Shown: one piece after another, positions 8,966-18,437 of the stretch | Numbering within the stretch: position 1 is the stretch's first letter | Layout: every line of letters starts with the position of its first letter | DNA from: Actinomycetes bacterium | GTDB taxonomy: Bacteria; Actinomycetota; CALGFH01 | DNA: 64,000 nt | Assembly: GCA_036003705.1 (NCBI GenBank) | Contig: DASYSE010000121.1 | Location: 530 to 64,529, forward strand | Reading direction: 5' to 3' | The notes under the pieces: model-generated | What the model was told of the DNA's origin: nothing | Database searches by the model: none | Seen by the model: the letters and a program-made list of their open reading frames with translations, nothing else | Made by a program: the position numbers and the translations under genes

Positions 8966-9676
8966 TCAGGAGGCGTGGCGGCCCAGGATGCACCAGATGG
9001 CGTGGACCGGCTCGGCTCCCGGGTTGCTGAGCCGGTGCGGGGTGGTCGCAGGGAAGCTGATCGAGTCGTCGGGGCCGAGCTCGTAGGGGTCGAAGCCGAC
9101 GTGGACCAGCAGCCGGCCGGACAGGACGTAGCCGAACTCCTGGCCGGCGTGGCGCATGAACGTGCCCTCGCTGGAGGAGCAGCCGCCGGGCTCGTAGGCG
9201 ACGTGCAGGAACTCGACACCCGGGTACGACCCGGCGGTGAGCCGGCTCCACAGGACACCGGACTCCAGCTCCAGCGTCTCGTGCTCGCCAGAGCGCTGGA
9301 GGGAGAAGAACCCCTCATGGCCACGGGTGACGACCGACGGGGGGTCGCCGCCGTCGGCCGGGCCGTCGCCGTGGCCGGCCTGGCGCCGGCCGTCCTGCCC
9401 GGCCAGCAGCCCGTCGACCGAGATGTTGAGCAGGTTCACGATGTCGAACAGCTTGCTCACCGACGGCTGGGCCTTGCCGGTCTCGATCTGCGACAGCGCG
9501 CTCGGGCTGATCCCCAGCCGCCGGGCCATCTCGCGCAGGGAGATCCCCTGGCGCAGGCGCTCGGCCCGCAGCCGGCTGCCGAGGTCGAGGGCGGGGGCGC
9601 GGCCGGCCCCAGGTGGCCGGCCGGCCTCGCCGCTCGGGACGGTGGTCATGGCAGCAGTGTACCCAGCCGCGGCCAC
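8966..9676 (-). CDS. XRE-family HTH regulator with C-terminal cupin domain
   Basis: HTH LRQGISLREMARRLGISPSALSQIETGKAQPSVSKL; cupin-like C-terminus GQEFGYVLSGRLLVHVG...ISFPATTPHRLSN. Start uncertain (GTG 9676 or ATG 9649). Confidence 0.8.
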   Translation of the reverse strand: MAAAGYTAAMTTVPSGEAGRPPGAGRAPALDLGSRLRAERLRQGISLREMARRLGISPSALSQIETGKAQPSVSKLFDIVNLLNISVDGLLAGQDGRRQAGHGDGPADGGDPPSVVTRGHEGFFSLQRSGEHETLELESGVLWSRLTAGSYPGVEFLHVAYEPGGCSSSEGTFMRHAGQEFGYVLSGRLLVHVGFDPYELGPDDSISFPATTPHRLSNPGAEPVHAIWCILGRHAS

Positions 9677-9747
9677 TGTTCAGCAGGACTGGACACGGGT
9701 TATGCTCCGGCGCGACACCGGGTTGCTCTTCGTCGAGGAGGAGAACC

Positions 9748-10215
9748 ATGGCCGACCGGCTCCTGCTGCGTGGCGGCACCGTCCTGACCGTCGACCCCGA
9801 CCTCGGCGACCTGCCGAGCGGCGACGTCCTGATCGAGGGGGACACGATCGTCGGGGTCGCGCCGCGGATCGACGACGACGGCTCGGTGGTGCTGTTCGGC
9901 GGGCGGGCCAAGGACCGCCCCTACCCGGGCTCCACCATGGTCTCGACCGTGAACGGCGGGGTCACCGGCCTTGTACACTCGCTGGCGGTCGAGCTGGCCC
10001 CGGTCCGCTGCAACGCCGTCCATCCCGGGATCGTCGGCGACAGTCCCTACTGGAGCGCCAAGGGCGAGCCGGCGCTCGAGCCGGTCAGGAACCGGACGCC
10101 GGCCCGGCGGCTGGTGACCATGGAGGACGTGGTCGGCGCGGTGGTGTTCCTGCTGGAGAACCGGTCGGTGAACGGTGTCAACCTCCACGTCGACGGCGGT
10201 TGGCTCCTGCTCTAG
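9748..10215 (+). pseudogene. chimeric ORF: amidohydrolase N-terminal stub fused to an SDR C-terminal half
   Basis: ATG 9748 after GAGGAGGAGAA. The first ~45 aa (MADRLLLRGGTVLTVDPDLGDLPSGDVLIEGDTIVGVAPRI) look like an amidohydrolase start. The remainder (LAVELAPVRCNAVHPGIV...VNGVNLHVDGGW) looks like the C-terminal third of an SDR. No Rossmann motif and no metal-binding HxH. Confidence 0.55.
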
Positions 10216-10227
10216 GAGGCGCAGCGC

Positions 10228-11121
10228 GTGGAGGATCAGCCGAAGGTCGCGGTCGTCGGCGCCGGGCGGATGGGCGCGGCCATGGTCGGCACGCTGCGCC
10301 GGGCCGGCATCGAGGTGGTGGTGTTCAACCGGACCCGGGCTCGGGCCCAGGAGGTCGCGCGAGCCACCGGCGCGGCCGTGGCCGACACCGCTCGCGAGGC
10401 CGCCGCCGGCGCCCAGGTGGTGGTCAGCTCGCTGGCCGACGACGCGGCCGTCGGGGCGGCCTACGCCGGAGCCGACGGGATCGTGGCCGGGCTCCAGCCG
10501 GACGCGGTGGTGCTGGAGGCCAGCACCATCGACCCGGGGACCGTCCACCGCCTCCGGCCGCTGGTCGAGGACCGGCGGGCCTTCCTGCTCGACACCCCCG
10601 TGTCCGGCAGCGTCCAGCTGGTCGAGGCCGGCCAGCTCACCATCATGGTCGGCGGCGACCCGGCGGTCCTCGAGCGGGCCCGGCCGGTGCTGGACCCGCT
10701 GGCCAGGCAGGTCTTCCACGTCGGCGACCTCGGGTCGGGGGCGGTGATGAAGCTGACGGTGAACGCCGTCCTCCACGGCCTCAACCTTGCCCTGGCCGAG
10801 GGCCTGGTGCTGGCCGAGAAGGCCGGCGTCGCCCGCACGACCGCCTACGAGGTGTTCGCCTCCAGCGCCGTGGCCGCGCCGTTCGTCCACTACAAGCGGG
10901 CGGCGTTCGAGCACCCTGGCGAGACCCCGGTCGCCTTCAGCCTCGACCTGGTCCACAAGGACCTCGACCTGATCCTCGCCCTGGCCTCCCAGGCCGGCGC
11001 CCCCATGGAGCAGGCGACCACCAACCGCCGGGTGGTGGAGGCCGCCGTCGCCGCCGGCCTCGGCGACCACGACCTGAGCGAGCTGGCCACCTACCTGCGC
11101 GAGGCCTCCCGGGCCGGCTGA
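10228..11121 (+). CDS. NAD(P)-dependent oxidoreductase, 3-hydroxyisobutyrate/6-phosphogluconate dehydrogenase-like
   Basis: GTG start. VAVVGAGRMGAAMVGTLRRAG Rossmann motif, ..LDTPVSGS.., KDLDL. Confidence 0.85.
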   Translation: MEDQPKVAVVGAGRMGAAMVGTLRRAGIEVVVFNRTRARAQEVARATGAAVADTAREAAAGAQVVVSSLADDAAVGAAYAGADGIVAGLQPDAVVLEASTIDPGTVHRLRPLVEDRRAFLLDTPVSGSVQLVEAGQLTIMVGGDPAVLERARPVLDPLARQVFHVGDLGSGAVMKLTVNAVLHGLNLALAEGLVLAEKAGVARTTAYEVFASSAVAAPFVHYKRAAFEHPGETPVAFSLDLVHKDLDLILALASQAGAPMEQATTNRRVVEAAVAAGLGDHDLSELATYLREASRAG

Positions 11122-11206
11122 CCTCGCCGAGGGCCTCCAGCCGGTGCCTGCCGAGCTCCATGGTCGCCAGGGCGGCGAACCGCCGCCAGCCCGGCCGCCC
11201 CGTCCG

Positions 11207-12643
11207 TCACAACTGCATGACCACGGCCTTGGCCTCGGTGAAGAACTCGCGGCTGTAGCTGCCGCCCTCGCGGCCGATGCCGGAGTCCTTGTAGCCCCCG
11301 AAGGGGGCCCGCAGGTCGCGGACGAAGAAGCAGTTGACCCAGATCGTGCCGGCCCGGATGGCGGCCGCGACCCGGTGGGCGCGGCGCAGGCTCTCGGTGA
11401 ACACCATGGCGTTGAGGCCGTAGGGCGAGTCGTTGGCCAGCCCCACCGCCTCCTCGTCGGTGTCGAAGCTCTGCACCACCACGACCGGGCCGAAGATCTC
11501 CTCCCGGCAGACAGCCATGTCCTGGCGGACGTCGACCAGCACCGTGGGCCGCACCCACCAGCCATCGCCCGGGCCGCCGCTGCGGACCTTGGCCCCCTCG
11601 GCGGCGGCCAGGTCGAGGTAGCCGGTCACCTTCCGCCAGTGCTCGAGCGACGACAACGGGCCGACCTCGGTCGCCTCGTCCAGCGGGTCGCCGAGCCGCA
11701 TCGCCTCGGCCCCGGCCACGAACCGGTCGAGGAACTCCTCGTACACCGGCCGTTGCACGTACAGCCGGGAGCCGGACAGGCAGACCTGCCCGGCGTTCAG
11801 GAAGATCGCCCGCAGCGACCAGTCGACCGCGTTGCCCAGGTCGGCGTCGGCGAAGACCAGGTTGGCGCCCTTGCCGCCGAGCTCGAAGCTGACCCGCTTG
11901 AGCGTCGGCGCGCCGGCGGCCAGGATCGCCCGCCCGGTGGCCGACTCCCCGGTGAAGGTGACCAGGTCGACCCGGGGGTGCTCGGTGAGGGCCTGCCCGG
12001 CCTCGCCGGGGCCGAACCCCTGCACCACGTTCAGCGTTCCCGGCGGCAGGCCTGCCGCGTTGGCCAGCAGGGCGAGCCGGTGGCAGGAGGCCGGCGCCTG
12101 CTCGGCCGGCTTGAGCACCACCGTGTTGCCGAACGCCAGGGCCGGCGCGACCTTCCAGCTGGCCAGCATGAGCGGGAAGTTCCAGGGCGAGATGGCCGCG
12201 GCCACCCCCACCGGCTCGTGCCTGGTGTAGACGTGATGGCCGGTCGGCGACGGCAGCGCCTCGTCGGCGGCCAGGGCGGCGTAGTCGGCGAAGAAGCGGA
12301 GGTTCAGGGCCGCCCGGTGGGCGTCGTTGTCGCGGGCCTGGCGGATCGGCTTGCCCATGTCGGTGGCGTCCATGCGCCCGAGGGCCTCGGCCTCGCCCTC
12401 GACCAGGTCGGCGAGCCGGTGCAGGGCCCGCCCGCGCTCGGCCGGGGACATCCGCGGCCAGGGGCCGTCGTCGAACGCCCGCCGGGCGGCGGCGACGGCC
12501 GCGCCGGCGTCGTCGGCCGACCCGCGCGCCACCCTGGCCCACGCCTGCCGGGTGGCCGGGTTGACCGACTCGAAGGTTCGGCCGTCGGCGGCCGGCCGCT
12601 CCTCCCCGTCGATCACGTGGGGGATCTCCACCAGCCTGCGCAT
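11207..12643 (-). CDS. NAD-dependent aldehyde dehydrogenase; by context 2-hydroxymuconic semialdehyde dehydrogenase
   Basis: ATG 12643 after GGAGG (MRRLVEIPHVIDGEE). Motifs ISPWNFPL, FTGESATG, ELGGKGANLVF, NAGQVCLSGSR, FGGYKDSGIGREGG. Confidence 0.9.
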   Translation of the reverse strand: MRRLVEIPHVIDGEERPAADGRTFESVNPATRQAWARVARGSADDAGAAVAAARRAFDDGPWPRMSPAERGRALHRLADLVEGEAEALGRMDATDMGKPIRQARDNDAHRAALNLRFFADYAALAADEALPSPTGHHVYTRHEPVGVAAAISPWNFPLMLASWKVAPALAFGNTVVLKPAEQAPASCHRLALLANAAGLPPGTLNVVQGFGPGEAGQALTEHPRVDLVTFTGESATGRAILAAGAPTLKRVSFELGGKGANLVFADADLGNAVDWSLRAIFLNAGQVCLSGSRLYVQRPVYEEFLDRFVAGAEAMRLGDPLDEATEVGPLSSLEHWRKVTGYLDLAAAEGAKVRSGGPGDGWWVRPTVLVDVRQDMAVCREEIFGPVVVVQSFDTDEEAVGLANDSPYGLNAMVFTESLRRAHRVAAAIRAGTIWVNCFFVRDLRAPFGGYKDSGIGREGGSYSREFFTEAKAVVMQL

Positions 12644-13299
12644 CACGTACCTCCGTTGCTCCCGGCCAGCCCGAGGGCCTGGCGGACCTTGACGTCGCTG
12701 TGCCGGGGCCGGGTGACGTCGAACCAGACGGCCTTCATGCCGGCCGCCTGCGCCCCGGCGGCGTTGGCCGGCTGGTCGTCGACGAACACGGCCTGGTCGG
12801 CGGCGACGCCGAGGCGGTCGAGGACCAGCCGGTAGGCTTCGGGGGCCGGCTTGCGGGTGCCGTGGCGCGAGGCGTCGACCACGCAGCCGACCTCGGCCAG
12901 GAACCCGATCTGGTCGATCCACGCCTGGTCGTGGAAGTCGTGCAGGTCGTTGCTGAGCACGGCCGTCAGCAGCCCGGCGCCGTGGGCGTCGGCCAGCAGC
13001 GCCCGAGCCAGCGGCCGGACCAGTTCGCCCTCCGGGCCGGTGTACAGCCGCCGCATCATTGCCCGCACGCCCGCCTCGCCCGAGACGGCCGCCACCTCGG
13101 CCGCCCGGCCGGCCCAGTAGTCGTGCTCGCTGACCTCTCCGGCCTGCAGCGAGCGCCACAGCGGGTCGGCGGCCTGGTCGAACGGGCCGTGCCAGTCGAA
13201 GGTCCCGGCCGGCACCCCGAGGGAGCCCTCCATCGCCCGGAGCCGCTCGAACGGGGTCAGCAGCACCGGGCCGCCGAAGTCGAGCACCAGCGCCTTCAC
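12643..13299 (-). CDS. HAD-IA-like hydrolase (DxGG variant)
   Basis: GTG 13299 overlaps the upstream stop (GTGA). Motifs LVLDFGGPVL, VLSND, FVDDQPANAAGAQAAGM. Its stop overlaps the ALDH ATG (TGATG). Confidence 0.7.
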   Translation of the reverse strand: MKALVLDFGGPVLLTPFERLRAMEGSLGVPAGTFDWHGPFDQAADPLWRSLQAGEVSEHDYWAGRAAEVAAVSGEAGVRAMMRRLYTGPEGELVRPLARALLADAHGAGLLTAVLSNDLHDFHDQAWIDQIGFLAEVGCVVDASRHGTRKPAPEAYRLVLDRLGVAADQAVFVDDQPANAAGAQAAGMKAVWFDVTRPRHSDVKVRQALGLAGSNGGT

Positions 13300-13703
13300 C
13301 CGGTCGCCTCGGGGCGGGTGGGCGCCGGCTGGCGGGCATGCTCGAGCAGGATCTCCCGCCACGAGCGGACCGGTGGCGCCGGCGGCGCCGTGACCCGCAC
13401 CTGGCCGTCGACCACCCGGACCGGGTAGCGGCGCAGCCGCAGCCCGGGCTGGCCGAGCCGCCGGCCGCTGCGGACGTCATAGCGCCACCAGTGCAGCGGG
13501 CAGACCAGCACCTCGCCGTCGAGGTGGCCGCAGGCCAGCGACCCGCCGCGGTGCAGGCAGGCGTCGTCGAGGGCGAACAGCCGGCCGCCGGCGTTGCCGA
13601 CGACCACCCGGCGTCCCGAGGCCAGCACCAGCCGCACCGACCCGGCCGGGAACTCCCCCACCGGTCCCGCGGGCACCTCGAGCGGCAGCGGCTGGGCGGT
13701 CAC
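13296..13703 (-). CDS. Rieske [2Fe-2S] ferredoxin-like protein
   Basis: GTG 13703 overlaps the 4-OT stop (GTGA). CLH-x16-CPLH Rieske ligand motif. Confidence 0.8.
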   Translation of the reverse strand: MTAQPLPLEVPAGPVGEFPAGSVRLVLASGRRVVVGNAGGRLFALDDACLHRGGSLACGHLDGEVLVCPLHWWRYDVRSGRRLGQPGLRLRRYPVRVVDGQVRVTAPPAPPVRSWREILLEHARQPAPTRPEATG

Positions 13704-13927
13704 TGGTCCAGCTCCCCGCCCTGGCCGGCGTCGACCGGGCCCCTGGCGACCGAGTACGGCACCCCGCCGATCCCCCACAGGTCGGGGTCGACCTCCGAGA
13801 CCAGCACGCGCACCCGGTCGATCGGCGTGTCGAGGGTCCGGGCGACGACCTGCGACACCTCCTCGACCAGCCGCATGAGCGTCGCCTTGTCACGGCCGCG
13901 GACGAGGTCGATGCGGACGAACGGCAT
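13700..13927 (-). CDS. 4-oxalocrotonate tautomerase family enzyme
   Basis: ATG 13927 after GAGGGAGG. N-terminal Met-Pro (MPFVRIDLVRGR) and ..WGIGG.. as in 4-OT. 75 aa. Confidence 0.8.
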   Translation of the reverse strand: MPFVRIDLVRGRDKATLMRLVEEVSQVVARTLDTPIDRVRVLVSEVDPDLWGIGGVPYSVARGPVDAGQGGELDQ

Positions 13928-13947
13928 GGGGCCTCCCTCTGGGCGCT

Positions 13948-14736
13948 TCAGCGGACGGGCAGCTCGACGGTTCCGAGCCGGCCAAGCCGGGCGACGACGA
14001 CGTCGCCAGGCCCGACCGGCAGGGCTTCGGTCAGCCCGCCGGAGAGCACCAGGTCGCCGGCGGCAAGGCCGCGGCCGCGGCGGGCCAGGGCGCGCACCAG
14101 CCAGGCGACGGCGGCGGCGGGATGGCCGAGCGCGGCCGCGCCGGCCGCGGTCGAGACAAGCCGGCCGTTGCGCTCCAGGGTGCAGCCGACCAGGCGCAGG
14201 TCGATGCCGTCGGCGGGACGGCGGACGCCGCCAAGGGCCAGGCGCGCGGCCGAGGAGTTGTCGGCGACCACGTCGGGCAGGGTGAACGTGTAGCCGGCGT
14301 AGCGGGAGTCGAGCACGTCGATCGCCGGCACCACGGCGGCGGTCGCCGCCAGCACCTGGGCGGCGCCGACCCGCGGCCCGGCCAGGTCGGCCCCGATGAC
14401 GAAGGCGATCTCCGGCTCGACCCTCGGCTGGATGAGGTCGCTGGTGTCGAGGGGCTGGCCGACGTCCAGCAGCATCCTGTCGGTCAGCTCGCCGTACAGC
14501 GGCTCGTCCACGCCCATCTGGGCCTGCTTGGCCCGGCTGGTGAGGCCGAGCTTGAAGCCGAGCGGATGCTCGCCCGCCGCCACCAGCAGCCGCACGCCGG
14601 CCTCCTGGACGGCGTAGGCGAGGTCGAGGTCGAGCCCGGGATGGTCGACCGTGAGGCCGTGGCCGGCGGTGCGGCTCAGCCGCAGCTCGGCCAGCCGCTG
14701 GGCCAGGGCCACGGGGTCGGCGGCGACCTGGCTCAT
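13948..14736 (-). CDS. 4-oxalocrotonate decarboxylase (assigned by dmpH-like position; hydratase/decarboxylase family)
   Basis: Track ORF of 262 aa. Motifs [28 protein letters not shown] overlap with the aldolase stop at 14733-14736. Confidence 0.75.
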   Translation of the reverse strand: MSQVAADPVALAQRLAELRLSRTAGHGLTVDHPGLDLDLAYAVQEAGVRLLVAAGEHPLGFKLGLTSRAKQAQMGVDEPLYGELTDRMLLDVGQPLDTSDLIQPRVEPEIAFVIGADLAGPRVGAAQVLAATAAVVPAIDVLDSRYAGYTFTLPDVVADNSSAARLALGGVRRPADGIDLRLVGCTLERNGRLVSTAAGAAALGHPAAAVAWLVRALARRGRGLAAGDLVLSGGLTEALPVGPGDVVVARLGRLGTVELPVR

Positions 14737-15794
14737 GCCGGCCTTTCGGCCCGATGCGCCGGGGCACCCCTCCGCGGTTCCCGGGACCCGTCCGCCTGGC
14801 GGGCCAGGTCCAGGGCGACGTCGAGGATCATGTCCTCCTGGCCGCCGACGACCCGGCGATTCCCCAATTCGAGCAGGATCTCGCCGACGTCGACCCCGTA
14901 CCGGGCCGCCGCCCGCTGGGCGTGCAGCAGGAACGACCCGTACACCCCGGCGTAGCCGAGCAGCAGGCCGGCCCGGTCGATCACCCCCATCGCCGGCCGC
15001 AGGGGGCGGACCAGGTCCTCGGCCACGCCCATGGCGCGCAACGGGTCGACCCCGGTTGGCAGCCCGAGCTTGTCGCAGGTGGCCACCAGCACCTCGGTCG
15101 GGCAGTTGCCGGCGCCGGCGCCCAGGCCGGCGCAGCAGCCGTCGAGCTGGGCGGCGCCGACGTCCAGGGCGGCCAGCGAGTTGGCAACACCCAGCGAGAG
15201 GTTGTTGTGGGCGTGGTGGCCGACCTGGCAGCCGAGCCGCTCGGCCAGCAGGCCGACCCTGGCCCGGGCGTCGGCGGTGGTCATGGCCCCGGCCGAGTCG
15301 ACCACATAGACGCAGTCGGCGCCGTAGGACTCCATCAGCCGGGCCTGGGCGAGCAGCTGCTCCGGCTCGGCCATGTGCGCCATCATGAGGAAGCCGACCG
15401 CCTCCATGCCGAGCCGCTTGGCCAGGCGGAGGTGCTGCTCGGCGATGTCGGCCTCGGTGCAGTGGGTGGCGATCCGGGCCACCTGGACGCCGCGGTCGGC
15501 CATGTCGCGAAGGTCGTCGGCGACACCGATCCCCGGCAGCAGCAGCACCGCGATCCGGGCGGTGGTGGCGGCGGCCACGGCCGCCGACACCAGCTCGCGC
15601 TCGTCGGTCGCCGAGAAGCCGTAGTTGAACGACGAGCCGCCCAGCCCGTCGCCGTGGCTGACCTCGATGACCGGCACCCCGGCGGCGTCCAGGCCACCGA
15701 CGATGGTGCTGACCTGCTCGGCGGTGTACTGGTGGGACAGCGCGTGGGAGCCGTCACGCAGGGTCGAGTCGGTCAGCCGGAAGGCGGCGCTCAC
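14733..15794 (-). CDS. dmpG: 4-hydroxy-2-oxovalerate aldolase
   Basis: Track ORF of 353 aa. Motifs [43 protein letters not shown] overlap with dmpF. Confidence 0.9.
   Translation of the reverse strand: MSAAFRLTDSTLRDGSHALSHQYTAEQVSTIVGGLDAAGVPVIEVSHGDGLGGSSFNYGFSATDERELVSAAVAAATTARIAVLLLPGIGVADDLRDMADRGVQVARIATHCTEADIAEQHLRLAKRLGMEAVGFLMMAHMAEPEQLLAQARLMESYGADCVYVVDSAGAMTTADARARVGLLAERLGCQVGHHAHNNLSLGVANSLAALDVGAAQLDGCCAGLGAGAGNCPTEVLVATCDKLGLPTGVDPLRAMGVAEDLVRPLRPAMGVIDRAGLLLGYAGVYGSFLLHAQRAAARYGVDVGEILLELGNRRVVGGQEDMILDVALDLARQADGSREPRRGAPAHRAERPA
14761..14796. repeat. 36-bp GC-rich unit, copy A (GGGGCACCCC...)
   Basis: 30 of 36 positions identical to 15852..15887. Encodes the tail ..[11 protein letters not shown].. 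of dmpG. Confidence 0.7.
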
Positions 15795-16780
15795 GCCGGC
15801 ATCCCTCCCCCACCGTTTGGGGCACCCCGTCGGTGAGGGCCGCCCATCACCGGGGCACCCCGTCGGGGTTCCCCGGACCCCTCCGGCACCCTCGCCTCGG
15901 CGATGGCCTCGCCGACCCGCACCGCGGCCGCGGTCATGATGTCGAGGTTGCCGGCGTATGCGGGCAGGTGGTCGCCCGCGCCCTCGACCTCGAGCAGGAC
16001 CACCACCCTGGCCGCGGCCGGCCCGCCAGGGGTCCCGAACGGCCCCTCCTCGAACAACGGCGGGTTCTTCAGCCGGTAGCCGGGCACATACCGCGCGACC
16101 CGCTCGACCATGTCCCGGACGGCGGCGGCCACCGCCGCCTCGTCGTAGCCGTCGGGCAGGGCGCAGAACACGGTGTTGCGCATCAGGATGGGCGGCTCGG
16201 CCGGGTTGAGGATGATGATCGCCTTGCCGTGCCGCGCGCCGCCGACCTCCTCCAGGGAGCGGGCGGTCGTGCGGGTGAACTCGTCGATGTTCTGGCGGGT
16301 GCCCGGCCCGGCCGAGCGGGAGGCGACCGTGGAGACGATCTCCGCGTACGGCACCGGGCTGGCACCGGCGACGGCGGCCACGATCGGGGCGGTGGCCTGG
16401 CCGCCGCAGGTGATCAGGTTCAGGTTGGGGGCGTCCAGGTGGTCGCCGAGGTTGACCGAGGGCACCACCGGCGGCCCGAGCCTGGCCGGGGTCAGGTCGA
16501 CGGCGGTGATCCCGGCCTCCCGCAGCCGCGGGGCGTTGGCGGCATGGACCCTGGCGCTGGTCGCCTCGAAGGCCAGGTCGATCTCGGCGGCGTGCGCCTC
16601 GACCCAGTCGATGCCGTCGGCGGTCGCCTCAACGCCCAGGTCCCGGGCGCGGGCCAGTCCCTCGCTGCCCGGGTCGATGCCGACCAGGGCCCGCAGCCGC
16701 AGGCTCGGCGAGCGCAGCAGCTTGTGCAGCAGGTCGGTGCCGATGTTCCCGGACCCGATGACGACGCAGGACAGCGCCAC
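15791..16780 (-). CDS. dmpF: acetaldehyde dehydrogenase (acetylating)
   Basis: GTG start. Motifs [43 protein letters not shown]. Confidence 0.9.
   Translation of the reverse strand: MALSCVVIGSGNIGTDLLHKLLRSPSLRLRALVGIDPGSEGLARARDLGVEATADGIDWVEAHAAEIDLAFEATSARVHAANAPRLREAGITAVDLTPARLGPPVVPSVNLGDHLDAPNLNLITCGGQATAPIVAAVAGASPVPYAEIVSTVASRSAGPGTRQNIDEFTRTTARSLEEVGGARHGKAIIILNPAEPPILMRNTVFCALPDGYDEAAVAAAVRDMVERVARYVPGYRLKNPPLFEEGPFGTPGGPAAARVVVLLEVEGAGDHLPAYAGNLDIMTAAAVRVGEAIAEARVPEGSGEPRRGAPVMGGPHRRGAPNGGGGMPA
15819..15887. repeat. GGGGCACCCCGTCGG twice (period 33 bp) plus the extended 36-bp unit, copy B
   Basis: 15-mer at 15819-15833 and 15852-15866. Encodes ..[24 protein letters not shown].. 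at the dmpF C-terminus. Confidence 0.75.
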
Positions 16781-16782
16781 GG

Positions 16783-17634
16783 TCAGCCCCTCCCACGGAC
16801 GACGACCAGCCCGACCGGCCCGAGCACGTCGAACTCGGCCCGGAACACGTCGCCGTCGGCCAGCGGCACCGAGGCGTGCAGGGCGCCGGTCATCACCACG
16901 TGCCCAGCCTGCAGGGTGGCCCCGAGCGGGTGCAGGGTGTTGGCCAGCCAGGCCACCGCATGGAGGGGGTCGCCGAGGGCGGCCGCGCCGGCGCCGGTGG
17001 CGACCAGCTCGCCGTTGCGGGTCAGGACCACCCCGACCAGCTTCGGGTCGAGCTGGTCCAGCGGGACCAGGCGGCTGGACAGCACGATATGGGCCGAAGA
17101 TGCGAGGTCGGCGATGGTGTCGGCGAGCCTGATGCGCCAGTCGGCCACCCGCGAGTCGATGATCTCGACCGCGGCCACGGCACCGGCCGCGGCCAGCCGG
17201 ACGTCGAGGGCGGTGCAGTTGGGCCCGGGCAGCGGCGCGCCGAGCACGATCGCGATCTCGGCCTCGACCTTCGGCTGGATCAGCCGGTCGAGATCGACCT
17301 GGACGCCGTCGGGGTGGACCCCGGCGGCCAGCACCGGGCCGTAGTCGGGCTGGTCGATGCCGAGCTGCTGCTGCATCGGGCGGCTGGTCAGGCCGAGCTT
17401 GTAGCCGACGATGTCGCCCTCACCGTCGGCCTGGAGCAGCTCGACCAGGCGGTGCTGGATGGCGTAGGCCTCGGCCGCGGTCAGCCCCGGCCGGGCCTCG
17501 GTCAGGGGCGGGACCGGGACGCGGTCGCGGCGGGCCTGATGCAGCGACCGGGCCAGCTCGTCGACCGGGAGGGCGGGCGCGACGCCTCCGGAGCCCCAGT
17601 CCACCGGCAGGCCGTCCGGTTCGGGCGCGGTCAT
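16783..17634 (-). CDS. 2-oxopent-4-enoate hydratase (assigned by dmpE-like position)
   Basis: ATG 17634 overlaps the IclR stop (ATGA). Motifs [24 protein letters not shown]. Confidence 0.8.
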   Translation of the reverse strand: MTAPEPDGLPVDWGSGGVAPALPVDELARSLHQARRDRVPVPPLTEARPGLTAAEAYAIQHRLVELLQADGEGDIVGYKLGLTSRPMQQQLGIDQPDYGPVLAAGVHPDGVQVDLDRLIQPKVEAEIAIVLGAPLPGPNCTALDVRLAAAGAVAAVEIIDSRVADWRIRLADTIADLASSAHIVLSSRLVPLDQLDPKLVGVVLTRNGELVATGAGAAALGDPLHAVAWLANTLHPLGATLQAGHVVMTGALHASVPLADGDVFRAEFDVLGPVGLVVVRGRG

Positions 17635-18437
17635 GACGCTCCCCGCACCCGGCGGTCGGCTCGGTGGCCGAGCTGCTCGGAGATGGCGTCGGCGGCCTGG
17701 GTCACCGACGCCCGGAAGAAGCGGCGCAGGGTGTCGCCGTTGACCCGCATGATCGGCCCGGCCACGCTCACCGCGGCGATCACCTCGCCGCGGGCGTTGC
17801 GGATGGGGGCGGCGACGCTGGCCGCGCCGAGCTCGCTCTCGCCGATGTTCTCCGCCCACCCCTGCGCCCGGACCCGCTCCAGCTCGGCCCGGAGCTGGGG
17901 CAGCGCGCAGATGGTGGCGTCGGTCCTGCGTTCCGGCCGCCAGCGCACCAGCAGCGCCTGCAGGCGCGGCTCGGGCAGGGAGGCCAGCAGCACCTTGCCG
18001 GTGCTGGTGCAATGGGCCCAGTTGCGATGGCCGACCCGGGCGAAGATCCCCAGCGTGTGCGGGCTCTCGAGGCGTAGGACGTAGACCACCTCCCGGCCGT
18101 CGAGGACCGCCACCTGCACCGTCTCCTTGGTGGCGTTGCGCAGCTCCTCGATGACGGTGGTGGCGGCGTCGTGCAGCACCCGGTGCACCGAGACCCGGGC
18201 GCCCAGCTCCCACATCATCAGGCCGAGGCGGTAGGTGCCGGTGGCCGGGTCGTGCTCCAGGATCCGCTCGGCGGTCAGGGTGGCCAGCAGCCGGTGCACG
18301 GTCGACTTGCCCAGCCCGAGCCTTCTGGACAGCTCGGTGACGCCAAGGTCCCCGTCGGCGGTCCCGAACTCCTTCAACAGCCGGGCCGCGTTCTGGACCG
18401 AGGACAGCCGCGACCCGTCACGCCCCGGCCCGGTCAC
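17631..18437 (-). CDS. IclR-family transcriptional regulator
   Basis: GTG 18437 overlaps the upstream stop (GTGA). HTH LGVTELSRRLGLGKSTVHRLLATL; effector domain ..GHRNWAHCTSTGKVLLA.., ..GAASVAAPI... Confidence 0.85.
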   Translation of the reverse strand: MTGPGRDGSRLSSVQNAARLLKEFGTADGDLGVTELSRRLGLGKSTVHRLLATLTAERILEHDPATGTYRLGLMMWELGARVSVHRVLHDAATTVIEELRNATKETVQVAVLDGREVVYVLRLESPHTLGIFARVGHRNWAHCTSTGKVLLASLPEPRLQALLVRWRPERRTDATICALPQLRAELERVRAQGWAENIGESELGAASVAAPIRNARGEVIAAVSVAGPIMRVNGDTLRRFFRASVTQAADAISEQLGHRADRRVRGAS

